NCBI GenBank assembly: GCA_963664115.2
Contig: CAXWPJ010000006.1
Coordinates: 96,001-160,000, forward strand
Reading direction: 5' to 3'
From: Terriglobia bacterium
Lineage (GTDB): Bacteria; Acidobacteriota; Terriglobia; 20CM-2-55-15
DNA: 64,000 bases
In this document: positions 48,103-58,375 of the stretch, piece by piece
How positions within the stretch are numbered: position 1 is the stretch's first letter
How the letters are laid out: the number at the start of each line of letters is the position of its first letter
The notes under the pieces: generated by a model
Seen by the model: the letters and a program-made list of their open reading frames with translations, nothing else
Told to the model about the DNA's origin: nothing
Database searches by the model: none
Position numbers and translations under genes: made by a program

Positions 48103-49950
48103 ATGTCAGAAGCCGTCTCCAAAACGTTTCCGGTCGAGCAAAGCCCTCACGAGGTTCTGGCCCGTGTATTCGGCCATGCCGGTTTCCGCGGTCTGCAGGA
48201 AGAAATCGTCAACCATATTGTCGGTTCAGGTGATGCTCTTGTCCTCATGCCCACCGGGGGAGGGAAGTCGATCTGCTACCAGGTGCCTGCGCTGTGTCTG
48301 CCCGGCATGGGTGTGGTGATTTCACCTCTGATCGCTTTGATGGAAGATCAGGTGGCGCAACTGTGCCAGTCCGGTGTACGTGCTGTCGCTCTGACCTCCA
48401 ACCTGGGTCGCGCCGATTCCCAGGCCGCGCGTGGGGCGATCGACGCGGGTGAACTCGAAATCCTGTATGTGTCTCCGGAACGTTTGCTCACAGACAGTCT
48501 TCTGGAACAGCTTGACCGCTCGGAGATCGCGCTGTTTGCAATCGACGAGGCGCACTGTGTCAGCCAGTGGGGGCACGACTTCAGGACCGAATACCGAAAA
48601 CTTGCCATGCTTGCGGATCGTTTCCCATCGGTGCCCCGAATTGCGCTGACAGCCACTGCGGACGAAGTCACGCGACGCGACATCGTCGATCAGCTCCGTC
48701 TAGAGCGGGCCCGGGTATTCATCGCCAGCTTTAACCGGCCAAACATCCATTACCGCGTGCGAGCGAAAGACAATCCGAAACGTCAGGTACTTGAATTCAT
48801 CAAGTCCGCGCATCCCGGCGAGGCGGGCATCGTATACGCGATGAGTCGAAAGAGTGTGGACCGAATGGCGGTTTACCTGGAAAAGGAGGGCGTTCGTGCC
48901 TTGCCTTACCATGCGGGACTCGATGCTCAAACGCGGACGCGCAATCATCAGCGCTTCATCATGGAAGAGGGAGTCGTGATTGTCGCGACCATCGCTTTCG
49001 GCATGGGCATCGACAAGCCGGACGTGCGTTTCGTTGCCCACATGGACATGCCGAAGTCCTTCGAGGCCTACTACCAGGAAACTGGCCGGGCCGGGCGTGA
49101 TGGGCTGAGTGCCGACGCCTTCATGGTCTACGGTCTCCAGGACCTGGCGTTGCTTCGGGGCCTGATGGAGGAGTCGACGGCGCCCGAAGCGGTTCGGAGG
49201 GTCGAACACAGGAAGCTCGAAGCTCTGTTGGGTTATTGTGAAACCCCGCGTTGCCGGCGTCAGGTCCTGCTTGAATATTTCGGCGAACAGATTGATCCCT
49301 GTGGCAATTGCGATACCTGTCTGGAGCCGGTGGAGTTGATCGATGCGAGTCGGGAAACGCGGCTGGTCCTCTCCGCAATTCACCGTTGCGGGGAGTCTTT
49401 CGGTACCCGGCACATCGTTGACGTGCTTGTCGGAAAGAATACTGAGAAAGTGCAACGATTTCGGCATGAGCGGCTCAATGTCTTCGGAATGGGCCATCAT
49501 TTGAAGGACAGGCAGTGGCAGGGGATTTTGAGGCAATTGGTGGCTCTCGGAATGATCCGCGTCGATCTGGAGAACCACAATGTGTTGCGCCTGGGTCCGC
49601 GCGACCGGGTCATGCCCGTTTTACGGGAAGAAGCGACTGTGTCACTGAGGAAGGACGCCGGGCGGCCGGCACCGAAAGCCAAAACCAGGGCTGAACGGAA
49701 GGCTGCGATCCCCTACGAAATCGCGTTACCTGAGGACCGTGCTCTCTTCGAGGCACTCCGATCCAAGCGTCTGAAAATCGCCCAGGCTCAAAATCTGCCC
49801 GCATACATCGTGTTCAATGACGCAACACTGGTCGAGTTCGTACGGCAACGGCCGAGTTCCGAGGCCGAGTTCGCCGAGATCTCAGGCGTCGGGAAATCCA
49901 AACTGGAGCGATACGGTAAAACTTTTCTTGAAGTGATCGCCCTTTCCTGA
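48103..49950 (+). CDS. recQ: ATP-dependent DNA helicase RecQ
   Basis: MPTGGGKS, DEAHCVSQWGHDFR, QETGRAGRDG, Zn/RQC, HRDC. Confidence 0.97.
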   Translation: MSEAVSKTFPVEQSPHEVLARVFGHAGFRGLQEEIVNHIVGSGDALVLMPTGGGKSICYQVPALCLPGMGVVISPLIALMEDQVAQLCQSGVRAVALTSNLGRADSQAARGAIDAGELEILYVSPERLLTDSLLEQLDRSEIALFAIDEAHCVSQWGHDFRTEYRKLAMLADRFPSVPRIALTATADEVTRRDIVDQLRLERARVFIASFNRPNIHYRVRAKDNPKRQVLEFIKSAHPGEAGIVYAMSRKSVDRMAVYLEKEGVRALPYHAGLDAQTRTRNHQRFIMEEGVVIVATIAFGMGIDKPDVRFVAHMDMPKSFEAYYQETGRAGRDGLSADAFMVYGLQDLALLRGLMEESTAPEAVRRVEHRKLEALLGYCETPRCRRQVLLEYFGEQIDPCGNCDTCLEPVELIDASRETRLVLSAIHRCGESFGTRHIVDVLVGKNTEKVQRFRHERLNVFGMGHHLKDRQWQGILRQLVALGMIRVDLENHNVLRLGPRDRVMPVLREEATVSLRKDAGRPAPKAKTRAERKAAIPYEIALPEDRALFEALRSKRLKIAQAQNLPAYIVFNDATLVEFVRQRPSSEAEFAEISGVGKSKLERYGKTFLEVIALS

Positions 49951-49967
49951 ATTGATTTCGATGCCGG

Positions 49968-50035
49968 GTCAACTACCCGTCCGCTTCTGAGCCGCTTGGT
50001 TAGACCCGCACATCAATAGTCAAGGCGTCGGGCTT
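49968..50035 (+). mobile_element. Possible degenerate IS200/IS605-type end palindrome
   Basis: GTCAACTACCCG...GGCGTCGGGCTT resembles the GTCAACTACCC-hairpin-GGGCTT end motif; stem imperfect and no transposase nearby. Confidence 0.35.
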
Positions 50036-50081
50036 ACGCTGAGAGCAAGAATAAAACCAGTGGTTTACACGGATCAGACGG

Positions 50082-50555
50082 TTGATACAGACAGTCATCA
50101 CAAACGCAATGACGCCGGATGAGTTCTGCGAAGCGCGAAAGCTGTTTGAGGAATACGCGGAATGCATCGGTCTCGACCTGGGCTTTCAGAACTTCGCCCG
50201 GGAGCTTGAAGAATTGGAACAGATGTACGCTACGCCTGCAGGCTGTCTGTTGTTGGCCTCCCAGCTCGGACTGATTGTTGGTTGCGTCGGCCTGCGTCGG
50301 TTTGAAGGAGAAATCTGCGAGATGAAGCGGCTTTACGTGCGTCCTTCCGTTCAGGGACAGGGTTTGGGGCGGGCCTTGGCCGGTGCTGCGATCGGGCAGG
50401 CGCGCAAACTGGGTTACAGACTTATGGTGCTGGATACGCTCGCTTCGATGAAACCGGCAAGAAAACTGTACCGCTCGCTCGGCTTCCGTGAAACGGATCC
50501 CTATTACGACAACCCTATCGAAGGCGCAGTGTATATGGAATTGGATCTAACCTAG
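50082..50555 (+). CDS. GNAT acetyltransferase
   Basis: CEMKRLYV, QGQGLG, LDTL, LYRSLGF. Confidence 0.92.
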   Translation: MIQTVITNAMTPDEFCEARKLFEEYAECIGLDLGFQNFARELEELEQMYATPAGCLLLASQLGLIVGCVGLRRFEGEICEMKRLYVRPSVQGQGLGRALAGAAIGQARKLGYRLMVLDTLASMKPARKLYRSLGFRETDPYYDNPIEGAVYMELDLT

Positions 50556-50690
50556 GTCAGACGTTCATTGCTTGTTAGTTTCGTCAGTGTCTGAAGCGAT
50601 CATTTGTTCTACTGAACGCCTGGGCTCAGCCGGGTTCGCCAGCGAAGAGGTCGCACCATCTCGAATCGGGAGTCGACGGTTTTTGTTCGC

Positions 50691-51479
50691 TTACAGGGCC
50701 CGCCAGTACGGAGACTTGTGGCTGATGTTTCCGTTCACCAGGCTGATGGAAGATTCAAATGGATCCTGCAGGCGGTTGATCAGTAACAGATGGGTCAGTC
50801 TGACCGCCGCCCGGGACGCGAGGGATTCGGCCAACTCCCGGTCTTCGTCTGAGAAGGGAACGACTTCACCCATTACCGGATGCCTGGCGTTCGACAGCTG
50901 GAGGACGCCGACGATTTCATTTTCGTCGTTTTTCATCGGGACGACCAGGAATGAGCTTGAACGGTATCCGGTCCTTCTGTCGAACTCGCGAGTGAGGGAA
51001 AAATCGAAACCTTCATCGGTGTAGGCGTCGGCGATGTTCAGCGAGGTGTCGTGGTGATAGGCATACGCTGCGACGTTCGAATCGATCGGGTTGTCGTCTT
51101 TGTCGTACAAGGGAATTGGAGCCGAAGGCATCTCCGGGCCCGAGGTGCCACACATCGCGATGTCGAGGGAATCGGTACGCATGATCCCGATCTTGAGCGT
51201 GCGCTCCGCCGTCACCCGATAGATCGTCCCACTGTCTGCGCGGGCTGTGTGCTTCGCCGCGGCCAGAATGGTTTCGAACAGGTGGCCGATGTTGGTTTCC
51301 GCCGATAGCGCTACGCCGACCTCGATCACTTGTCTTCGACGTTCATTCAAGTCGGCGGGATCCGCTGGAATTTCGAGGTGACTCCACGGGTGCAAACGCG
51401 GCGTGAACCCCACGACACCATCACTTTCACGGACGTTTTCCAATGCCGCTTCGATTTCGTCTTTTCTTAGTGCACGCAT
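50691..51479 (-). pseudogene. Truncated GAF-only paralogue of the adjacent HD-GYP gene
   Basis: Aligns to the N-terminus of 52018-53814, then frameshifts at KSPY. Confidence 0.8.
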
Positions 51480-51635
51480 GTCCTAATTGATCCTGGCTAC
51501 GGACGCCTGATCGATGGCGGTCGGGAATGCCGCAACGATTCCTCCAAGTCAATGAATATCCAGTGCGTTTGCTCTCAACCGATCCGGCTAAGTCTTTGCC
51601 GCGCACTTTGACCGTCTATGAACGTTATAGAGACC

Positions 51636-51662
51636 TTATCGGCTGTGTTTGGCATTCCTTTA
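51636..51662 (-). promoter_or_regulatory. Sigma28 (FliA-type) promoter
   Basis: TAAA-N15-GCCGATAA exact consensus. Confidence 0.75.
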
Positions 51663-51705
51663 GGTACAAGTGGAATTGGGGTTGGGAAAACGCAGAGTAT
51701 TGATC

Positions 51706-52016
51706 GAGGGATCAGACCTTGCGATGATCAACCGGCCAGAGATTCGATCGTTTCGACTTCTTCAGCCGTGAGCGTGAGGTCACGGCTTGCGAGGCCCTGT
51801 TTCATATGGTGTGTGTCGCTGGTGCCCGCCAGCGGCAGCATCCCGATCGCCTGAGCGAATCGGAACACGACCTGAGCCGGTGTATGGTTGCCACGTGCGG
51901 CAACCTCTCTGATGAAGGGATGACCGAGAATGTCGGGATTGGCCGTGAGGAGAGAAAAACCCTGATAGACGATGTTTCGCTCACTACAAAACGCGTGCAC
52001 TTTCCGGTCCCATCCG
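51706..52016 (-). pseudogene. Duplicated 3' fragment of the aldo/keto reductase gene
   Basis: 311-bp near-identical copy of 53948-54258. Confidence 0.9.
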
Positions 52017-52017
52017 C

Positions 52018-53814
52018 TTAGTCGGTTGCAGGTGGCGGGATGTAGCCTGGAACCTTCGACAGGTCCACTTCATCGATCTGGTAGGCATCCAGGTACTCTC
52101 GGGCGTATCGCAGATAGACCTTTTCCCACATGAAGACGTCGAAGAGATCCGGATCGATATGACCATTGAGTTTTAGCTTGCCGAGAATCTCCAGCGATTC
52201 CGAGAGCGTCTTGCCTTTCTTGTAGGGACGGTCCTTGGCTGTCAGTGCCTCGAAGACATCTGCGATTCCCATGCAACGTGCTTGCACGGACATCTGCTCG
52301 CGTGTGAGACCTTGTGGATAGCCGGTCCCGTCCATATGCTCGTGGTGACCGCCCGCGTACTCGGCAACGTTGCTGAGGTGCTTTGGCCACGGCAGCGCCC
52401 CCAGCATCCGGTTTGTCGCCTCGATGTGATAGTTGATGATCTTGCGCTCGGCCTGGGTCAGCGTTCCCGCTCGGATCGTCAGATTCTCAATTTCGTTCTC
52501 AGTCAGGAAGTCACTGTGACGACCGTCGACATCCCTCCAGCAGTATTTAGAGGAAATGTGGATCACCCGCCGGACATCTTCGGGATTCATGAACTCGCCA
52601 CCGACATTCGAAAAACGCAGGAACTGGCGGTCTTCCTCGATTTCGGCAACGCGCACTTCGAAATCGCGGTCGGCGCTTTGATCATTACCCTCCTGACGGT
52701 CTTCGAGCTTTTCAAGTTTCGCGCGGAGCATCGAGATCTCAACATCGCGGCGCACCACCTCAAATCGAGTGTCGATGGTGTTGATGCGATCGTAGATCGT
52801 TTCCAACTTGGTTGCCTTGTCGACGACGTGTATTGGACTGGTAACTTTGCCGCAATCATGCAGCAGTCCGGCGATCTTCAGTTCGTAGCGATCTTCTTTA
52901 GTCATGGCGAAGCCGCTGAGGGGACCTTCAGTGCAGTCATCGACAGCATCGGCCAGCATCATGGTTAACAGTGGTACGCGGTCGCAGTGTCTGCCCGTGT
53001 ACGGAGACTTTTCATCGATCGCTCCATTCACCAGGCTGATGAAGGACTCGAATAGTTTCTCCAGGCGATTGATCAGCAAGCGATTGGTCAACGCGACCGC
53101 CGCCTGGGACGCGAGCGACTCGGCCAGCTCCTGGTCCTCGTCTGAGAAGGGCACGACATCATCCGTTACCCGATCTCTGGCGTTCAACAACTGCAGGACG
53201 CCGATGATTTCGTTTTCATGGTTTTTCATCGGCACGGTCAGGAATGACTTCGAACGGTATCCCGTCTTTCTGTCGAATTCCCGTGTACCGGAGAAATCGA
53301 AGCCTTCTTCGGTGTAGGCATCGGCGATGTTCAGCGTTGCATCGTGGTGGTAGGCATAGGATACGACGTTCGAATAAATCGGGTTCTCGTTCTCGTCGTA
53401 CAAGGGAATTGGAGCAAAAGGAATTTCCGGGCCTGCCCCGCCACCCATCGCGATATTGAGAGAATCCGTACGCATGATCTCAAATCGAAGCGTGCGCTCT
53501 TCCGTCACCCGATATAGCGTTCCACCGTCTGCGTGGGTCGTGTTTTTCGCCGCGGTCAGTATCGTCTCGAGCAGGTGGGCGATATCGGTTTCAGTGGAGA
53601 GCGCCACGCCGACTTCGTTCAGTTGTCTTAAACGTTCGATCAGGTCGCCGGAATCCGGTCCCAGTCGGAGGTGGCTCCACGCCTGCAAACCGGGCTTAAA
53701 AGGCACTACACGGGCACTTTGAATGACGTTCTCCAGGGCCGGTTCGATTTCGTCTTTTCTTAGGGCACGCATCACTGCTCCATGTCCTTGAAATTCCGGT
53801 GTGTGTCCCCGCAT
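52018..53814 (-). CDS. GAF plus HD-GYP cyclic di-GMP phosphodiesterase
   Basis: GAF domain; LLHDCGK, HHEHMDGTGYP, ADVFEALT..DRPYK. Confidence 0.93.
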   Translation of the reverse strand: MRGHTPEFQGHGAVMRALRKDEIEPALENVIQSARVVPFKPGLQAWSHLRLGPDSGDLIERLRQLNEVGVALSTETDIAHLLETILTAAKNTTHADGGTLYRVTEERTLRFEIMRTDSLNIAMGGGAGPEIPFAPIPLYDENENPIYSNVVSYAYHHDATLNIADAYTEEGFDFSGTREFDRKTGYRSKSFLTVPMKNHENEIIGVLQLLNARDRVTDDVVPFSDEDQELAESLASQAAVALTNRLLINRLEKLFESFISLVNGAIDEKSPYTGRHCDRVPLLTMMLADAVDDCTEGPLSGFAMTKEDRYELKIAGLLHDCGKVTSPIHVVDKATKLETIYDRINTIDTRFEVVRRDVEISMLRAKLEKLEDRQEGNDQSADRDFEVRVAEIEEDRQFLRFSNVGGEFMNPEDVRRVIHISSKYCWRDVDGRHSDFLTENEIENLTIRAGTLTQAERKIINYHIEATNRMLGALPWPKHLSNVAEYAGGHHEHMDGTGYPQGLTREQMSVQARCMGIADVFEALTAKDRPYKKGKTLSESLEILGKLKLNGHIDPDLFDVFMWEKVYLRYAREYLDAYQIDEVDLSKVPGYIPPPATD

Positions 53815-53871
53815 CCCCTCCGGTTAAATCCTCGGAACACACCTCGAATGTCAGTAGACCTCACATTGATC

Positions 53872-53899
53872 TTATCGGCTATGTTTACCCATTCATTTA
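53872..53899 (-). promoter_or_regulatory. Sigma28 (FliA-type) promoter
   Basis: TAAA-N16-GCCGATAA. Confidence 0.7.
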
Positions 53900-53969
53900 G
53901 GAGCAGGTAGACCTAAGGAAAGCAAAATGCACGGGGCCCCAGGAGTTGAGGGATCAGACCTTGCGATGA

Positions 53970-54806
53970 TCAACCGGCCAGAGATTCGATCGTTTCGACT
54001 TCTTCAGCCGTGAGCGTGAGGTCATGGCTTGCGAGGTCCTGTTTCATATGGTGGGTGTCGCTGGTGCCCGTCAGCGGCAGCATCCCGATCGCCTGAGCGA
54101 ATCGGAACACGACTTGAGCCGGTGTATGGTTGCCACGTGCGGCAATCTCTCTGATGAAGGGATGACCGAGAATGTCGGGATTGGCCGTGAGGAGAGAAAA
54201 ACCCTGATAGACGATGTTTCGCTCACTACAAAACCTGCGCACTTCCCGGTCCCATCCGTGGATGGCATAACAGCGGTTCTGAACGAATCGAGGAGCCTCG
54301 CCATGGAGGGCGGTCATCTGTTCAAGGTGCAGCAGTGAAACATTGCTGACGCCCAGGAGTCGGGCTCGGCCCGCATCGCGTTCGGCCACCATCGCAGTCC
54401 AGACTTCAGCGTCCGCATCGGTCCAGCCATAGTGGGCTGAGGGGCCGTGTAATACGTAGGAATCAACGTAGTCCGTGCCCAGATGCTCGAGCGAACTGGC
54501 CATCGATTGTGCGACCTGAATGGACAGTCCCGCCGCCGGATCGTAAGGTAGCCGGTGGTCCTGACCACTCTGGTAGGTAAATTTCGATTGCAGGAATAGG
54601 TTTTCGCGCCGGACCAGGTCTGCGCCATACGCCGCAGCCAAGGCTGCCCCCACTCCGGCTTCGACGTAGTGCCGACGCTGGTTCGCGGTGTCTATACCGC
54701 GGAAGCCCGCTCCGAGAGCAAGCTCGGTGAGGGCCTGCGTGCGGTCTTCTTTCCATGCAGTTCCATAAAGGAAGTCCGGAATGGGTGTCGACTGATTTGT
54801 CGTCAT
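53970..54806 (-). CDS. Aldo/keto reductase
   Basis: YGTAWK, GFRGIDTA, DSYVLH, LGVSN. Confidence 0.93.
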   Translation of the reverse strand: MTTNQSTPIPDFLYGTAWKEDRTQALTELALGAGFRGIDTANQRRHYVEAGVGAALAAAYGADLVRRENLFLQSKFTYQSGQDHRLPYDPAAGLSIQVAQSMASSLEHLGTDYVDSYVLHGPSAHYGWTDADAEVWTAMVAERDAGRARLLGVSNVSLLHLEQMTALHGEAPRFVQNRCYAIHGWDREVRRFCSERNIVYQGFSLLTANPDILGHPFIREIAARGNHTPAQVVFRFAQAIGMLPLTGTSDTHHMKQDLASHDLTLTAEEVETIESLAG

Positions 54807-54855
54807 CGCATCAGGTTTCTATGGTCGGCAGTCGTCGACGATGGCCACGGATAGC

Positions 54856-55257
54856 TTATCGATTCATGTGCGTGGTTCGTTCGGGGACGATGGTGTAGGT
54901 GACACGCACTTCTTCAGGAGTTCGGAACGGGTACGCGTCGAGATCCATATAACGCTTCGCCAGTGAATCGATATGCGCGTCCGCCGCGGATTCATCGATT
55001 GTTTCGACGTGTCCGCGGACTTCCAAATAGCGATAGGGATTGGTCGGTTCGGTCATGACGATCGCGACTCTGGGATCGCGGCGCATGTTCTTGTCTTTTA
55101 CCCGACCTTTCGCGGAGTTGATCCGGATATTGCTGCCGTCGTAGTCGAACCAGACAGGCGTGACCTGCGGGCTGCCGTCAGGCATCACGGTTGAAAGCGA
55201 CGCAACGATTGGCTTATCCAACAGGTCTTTCATTTCTTCCGGGATGACGCTGCTCAT
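54856..55257 (-). CDS. PPOX-class (F420/FMN split-barrel) oxidoreductase
   Basis: DGSPQVTPVW, KNMRRDPRV, YLEVRG. Confidence 0.9.
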   Translation of the reverse strand: MSSVIPEEMKDLLDKPIVASLSTVMPDGSPQVTPVWFDYDGSNIRINSAKGRVKDKNMRRDPRVAIVMTEPTNPYRYLEVRGHVETIDESAADAHIDSLAKRYMDLDAYPFRTPEEVRVTYTIVPERTTHMNR

Positions 55258-55432
55258 GCAATGCTCCTTTTTTTGTTTCTAAAAATATAGCGATCCGCGG
55301 TCCGATCGGTCCGATTCCAGGGCAAAAGTATACTGTACTCTTCCATAAAAAATTGCGGGCCCGGGCGAACAACAAGTCGAAAGGCCTGTGATGGCCCCTC
55401 GCAGGCTTATGTTCTATCCTTCAAGAGACACG

Positions 55433-56047
55433 ATGACTCGAAAAACCGCTTATCTCATCCGCCATGCTCAAAGCCACCCTTCATCTAAAGTGGCGGAGGC
55501 GGACTGGCCCCTGAGCGAGCGTGGACAGCAGCAGGCGGCCCAGCTTGGCCCTCTATTGGAGCCGCTCGACATCGACCGGATGTATTCCAGTCCCTACCTT
55601 CGCACACTGAGCACAATCGATTCGTTTGCGAAAAGTCAGGGACTGGAGGTCATTGTGGATTCCGACCTGCGTGAGCGCAAGATCACCGACAGGGTTCGAA
55701 AAGACTTTCCGGAACTCTGGTTGCGGTCCTGGCAGGATTTCTCCTTTGCCTTGCCGGGATGCGAAAACTCTTTCGACGCACAACGGCGATTCGTTGGCGC
55801 GGTAAGCCGTATCGTGACGGAAGAAACTTGTTCCACGATAGCGATCAGTGCTCATGGAAACGTCATCGCGCTCATGCTCAACCACGTGGAACCCGGATAC
55901 GGATGGGAAGAGGCGGATGGTCTGAGAAATCCGGACGTAGTCAAACTCGAACTTACCGGCGGAGGTCTCCGTTGGGATCGGGGTTTCCGTCTTTCCGGAA
56001 TTGACAACATCGTCACCCTCCATGAGGACACACCCATCGATTGGTAA
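55433..56047 (+). CDS. Histidine phosphatase family protein
   Basis: LIRHAQS, SSPYLR, LRER, AHG. Confidence 0.92.
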   Translation: MTRKTAYLIRHAQSHPSSKVAEADWPLSERGQQQAAQLGPLLEPLDIDRMYSSPYLRTLSTIDSFAKSQGLEVIVDSDLRERKITDRVRKDFPELWLRSWQDFSFALPGCENSFDAQRRFVGAVSRIVTEETCSTIAISAHGNVIALMLNHVEPGYGWEEADGLRNPDVVKLELTGGGLRWDRGFRLSGIDNIVTLHEDTPIDW

Positions 56048-56605
56048 GTTGCGACTGCCTGAGATCAAGGCGCCGCTCACTCAAAGCAGTCAATCAGGAT
56101 CGATAATCACGTACTTGCAGGAGGTGCCTCAGGACAGCTCAAGGAAATCGCGACACCGTTGCACCGGAAATGACTCCGATGTCCAATCTCTTTCTGTCTA
56201 TGCTCGATCAATTGGGAGTTGATCCGGAGAGCTTCGGCGACAGTAGCGGTAAGCCGGACAGTTCATTTGGCCTCGCGCGACAACAATCCTTATAAATCAA
56301 TCGCTTAGTAGAAGTCGGTGCTGGCCTCGAGCTGGGCTGGAACGACGACAGTCAATCGACCGATATATTTATGTAACCAATTACCATATTTGCCCGTATT
56401 TCCGGTTAATAGGAGTAGCAAAGTACCTTACTCCTTTGGCGGCCCGCTGGCTTGAAAAAGCGTTCACCCTAAAGGCCGGTGGGCCTCCATGATGCAGTGA
56501 TTTCGTCCCCCTTGCGGGAAGCATTCCGCTCCTGGTTTCCAGTGACACTCACGTTGATCGTGCGCCCCTCCACACGTACTATGAAAGGGCTGTCAGAGGT
56601 TCGCC

Positions 56606-57193
56606 ATCGATACGCCCATCCATTTTTGTCGATTTCGGGAATCGGACCTGCCCGAGATTACGCGGCTTATTCAAGAAAACCTGGTCTGGAAGCTCTCCGA
56701 ATCGGAACGCGCGGACGGTTTCCTTTCTGTCGATTTCGGGCCCGAGCAAATCATTCGAATCGACCGCAGTATTCCGATCGTCGTTGGACAACGGGGGCAG
56801 TCTTTAGCAGGATTTCTGATGGGAAGCACTCTCGGCGAGAGTGCCAGGATTCCTATTCTCGCCAAGATGATCGAGTGCTACGACTCGGTTCGCTTCGACG
56901 GGCGGTTCCTCAACGAATACCGGTCGTACGTATACGGCCCGGTCTGTGTCGACCGGGCCGTTCGTGGTCAGGGAGTCCTCGAAAGTCTCTTTCGTGAGTG
57001 TCTGGCACAACTCGCGGGTCGGTTCGAAGTGGGTGTGCTATTCATTTCCGCCGAAAATCAGCGTTCCATCGAAGCGCACCGGCGCAAGCTAGGGATGCGG
57101 TGGGTCGGTGAATTTGAGTTCGAGGCAAAGGTGTTTCACGTTCTCGCGTTCCACCTGCCAGATTCGCCAACAAAGAACGCCCGTAAGGGTTAG
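56606..57193 (+). CDS. GNAT-family protein; N-terminal part has no canonical start (ATC start or start-codon mutation)
   Basis: Frame is open from a TGA at 56582; DGFLSV and YGPVCV..RGQG motifs; GAGG 6 nt before ATC at 56606. Confidence 0.7.
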   Translation: MDTPIHFCRFRESDLPEITRLIQENLVWKLSESERADGFLSVDFGPEQIIRIDRSIPIVVGQRGQSLAGFLMGSTLGESARIPILAKMIECYDSVRFDGRFLNEYRSYVYGPVCVDRAVRGQGVLESLFRECLAQLAGRFEVGVLFISAENQRSIEAHRRKLGMRWVGEFEFEAKVFHVLAFHLPDSPTKNARKG

Positions 57194-57231
57194 CGAAATT
57201 ATATAATGGCGTCCATTCTCAGGAGGTTGTT

Positions 57232-58308
57232 GTGATGGATCGAATCCGTTTCTTGTTACCTGTCCTGTTAGTCAGCCTGTCCGCGTGCGCGCCGGGCGAA
57301 CCGGTGACGCCTGATGGAGACGCGGCAGGGAGCGCCGTGCCAGCCGGGACGCTGCACAACGGACCGGCGTTCCAGTTTAATGAAATTGCCGAGGGTGTTT
57401 ACCATATCGTGGGTACGGGGTCGCTGACCGCCGGTGCGAATTCCGTCGCAATCGTTAATGAAGAGGACGTCATGCTGGTGGATTCCCACATCTCACCCGC
57501 AGCCGCATTTGTGCTCCAGGAAGAGCTCCTCAACATTACCGACAAACCGATCCGCTATGTTGTGAACACGCACTATCACTTCGATCACGCGGATGGGAAC
57601 CAGGTGTTTGGCGACGACGTCGAGGTAATCGGCCATCGCTTCACGCGTGAGGCCCTGGAAGGGAATCCCCTGGAGGGGCGAACGTTTCAGACCTTCACTT
57701 CAGGCATTCCCGGACAGATCGAACAGTTGCAAATCGACGTTGACGGGGCTTCGGAAGCAGACCGCGCCGAGCTGGAAGAGCGGTTGTTTGTTCTGGAAAA
57801 CTACCGCGATGCTCTTGCCGAGGTCCGACCCACGCCGCCAAACCTGACGCTGGATCGAAAGATGACGATCTTCGCAGGCGACAGAGAGATCCAGTTGTTG
57901 TTCGTCGGCCGTGCGCATACGGGCGGTGACGTTCTTGTCTACCTGCCTGCTGAGGGAATTCTGTGCAGCGGTGATCTGCTGGTGGAGGGCCTCGCGTTTA
58001 TGGGAGACGGGTATGTTGACGAGTGGATCGGTGCCTTGGACGCCGTCGCCGAGCTGGACTTCGATACCGTACTGCCCGGGCATGGAGCGGCCTTTACAGG
58101 GAAAGACAAGGTCGCTTCTTTCAGGTCGTACCTGGCGGACCTCTGGACCCAGACAAACCAACTTCACGGGCAGGGTGTTTCGGCCCCAGATGCTGCGGCA
58201 ATGGTGGATCTGACGGTCCACAGCAATGCATACCCGCAGATTGAAGGCCCGGGTGCTGATGCTTTAGCCGTTCAGCGGATCTACGAATTGCTGGATGGGG
58301 AAGAATAG
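57232..58308 (+). CDS. MBL-fold metallo-hydrolase lipoprotein
   Basis: Lipobox LSAC; THYHFDH, AHT.GD, GDL, PGHG. Confidence 0.93.
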   Translation: MMDRIRFLLPVLLVSLSACAPGEPVTPDGDAAGSAVPAGTLHNGPAFQFNEIAEGVYHIVGTGSLTAGANSVAIVNEEDVMLVDSHISPAAAFVLQEELLNITDKPIRYVVNTHYHFDHADGNQVFGDDVEVIGHRFTREALEGNPLEGRTFQTFTSGIPGQIEQLQIDVDGASEADRAELEERLFVLENYRDALAEVRPTPPNLTLDRKMTIFAGDREIQLLFVGRAHTGGDVLVYLPAEGILCSGDLLVEGLAFMGDGYVDEWIGALDAVAELDFDTVLPGHGAAFTGKDKVASFRSYLADLWTQTNQLHGQGVSAPDAAAMVDLTVHSNAYPQIEGPGADALAVQRIYELLDGEE

Positions 58309-58375
58309 ATAGTGCGGGACGGAGACCTGATTCTTAGAATTGCGCCTCCGTCCCTGAACTAAGCGACCACCCCCA

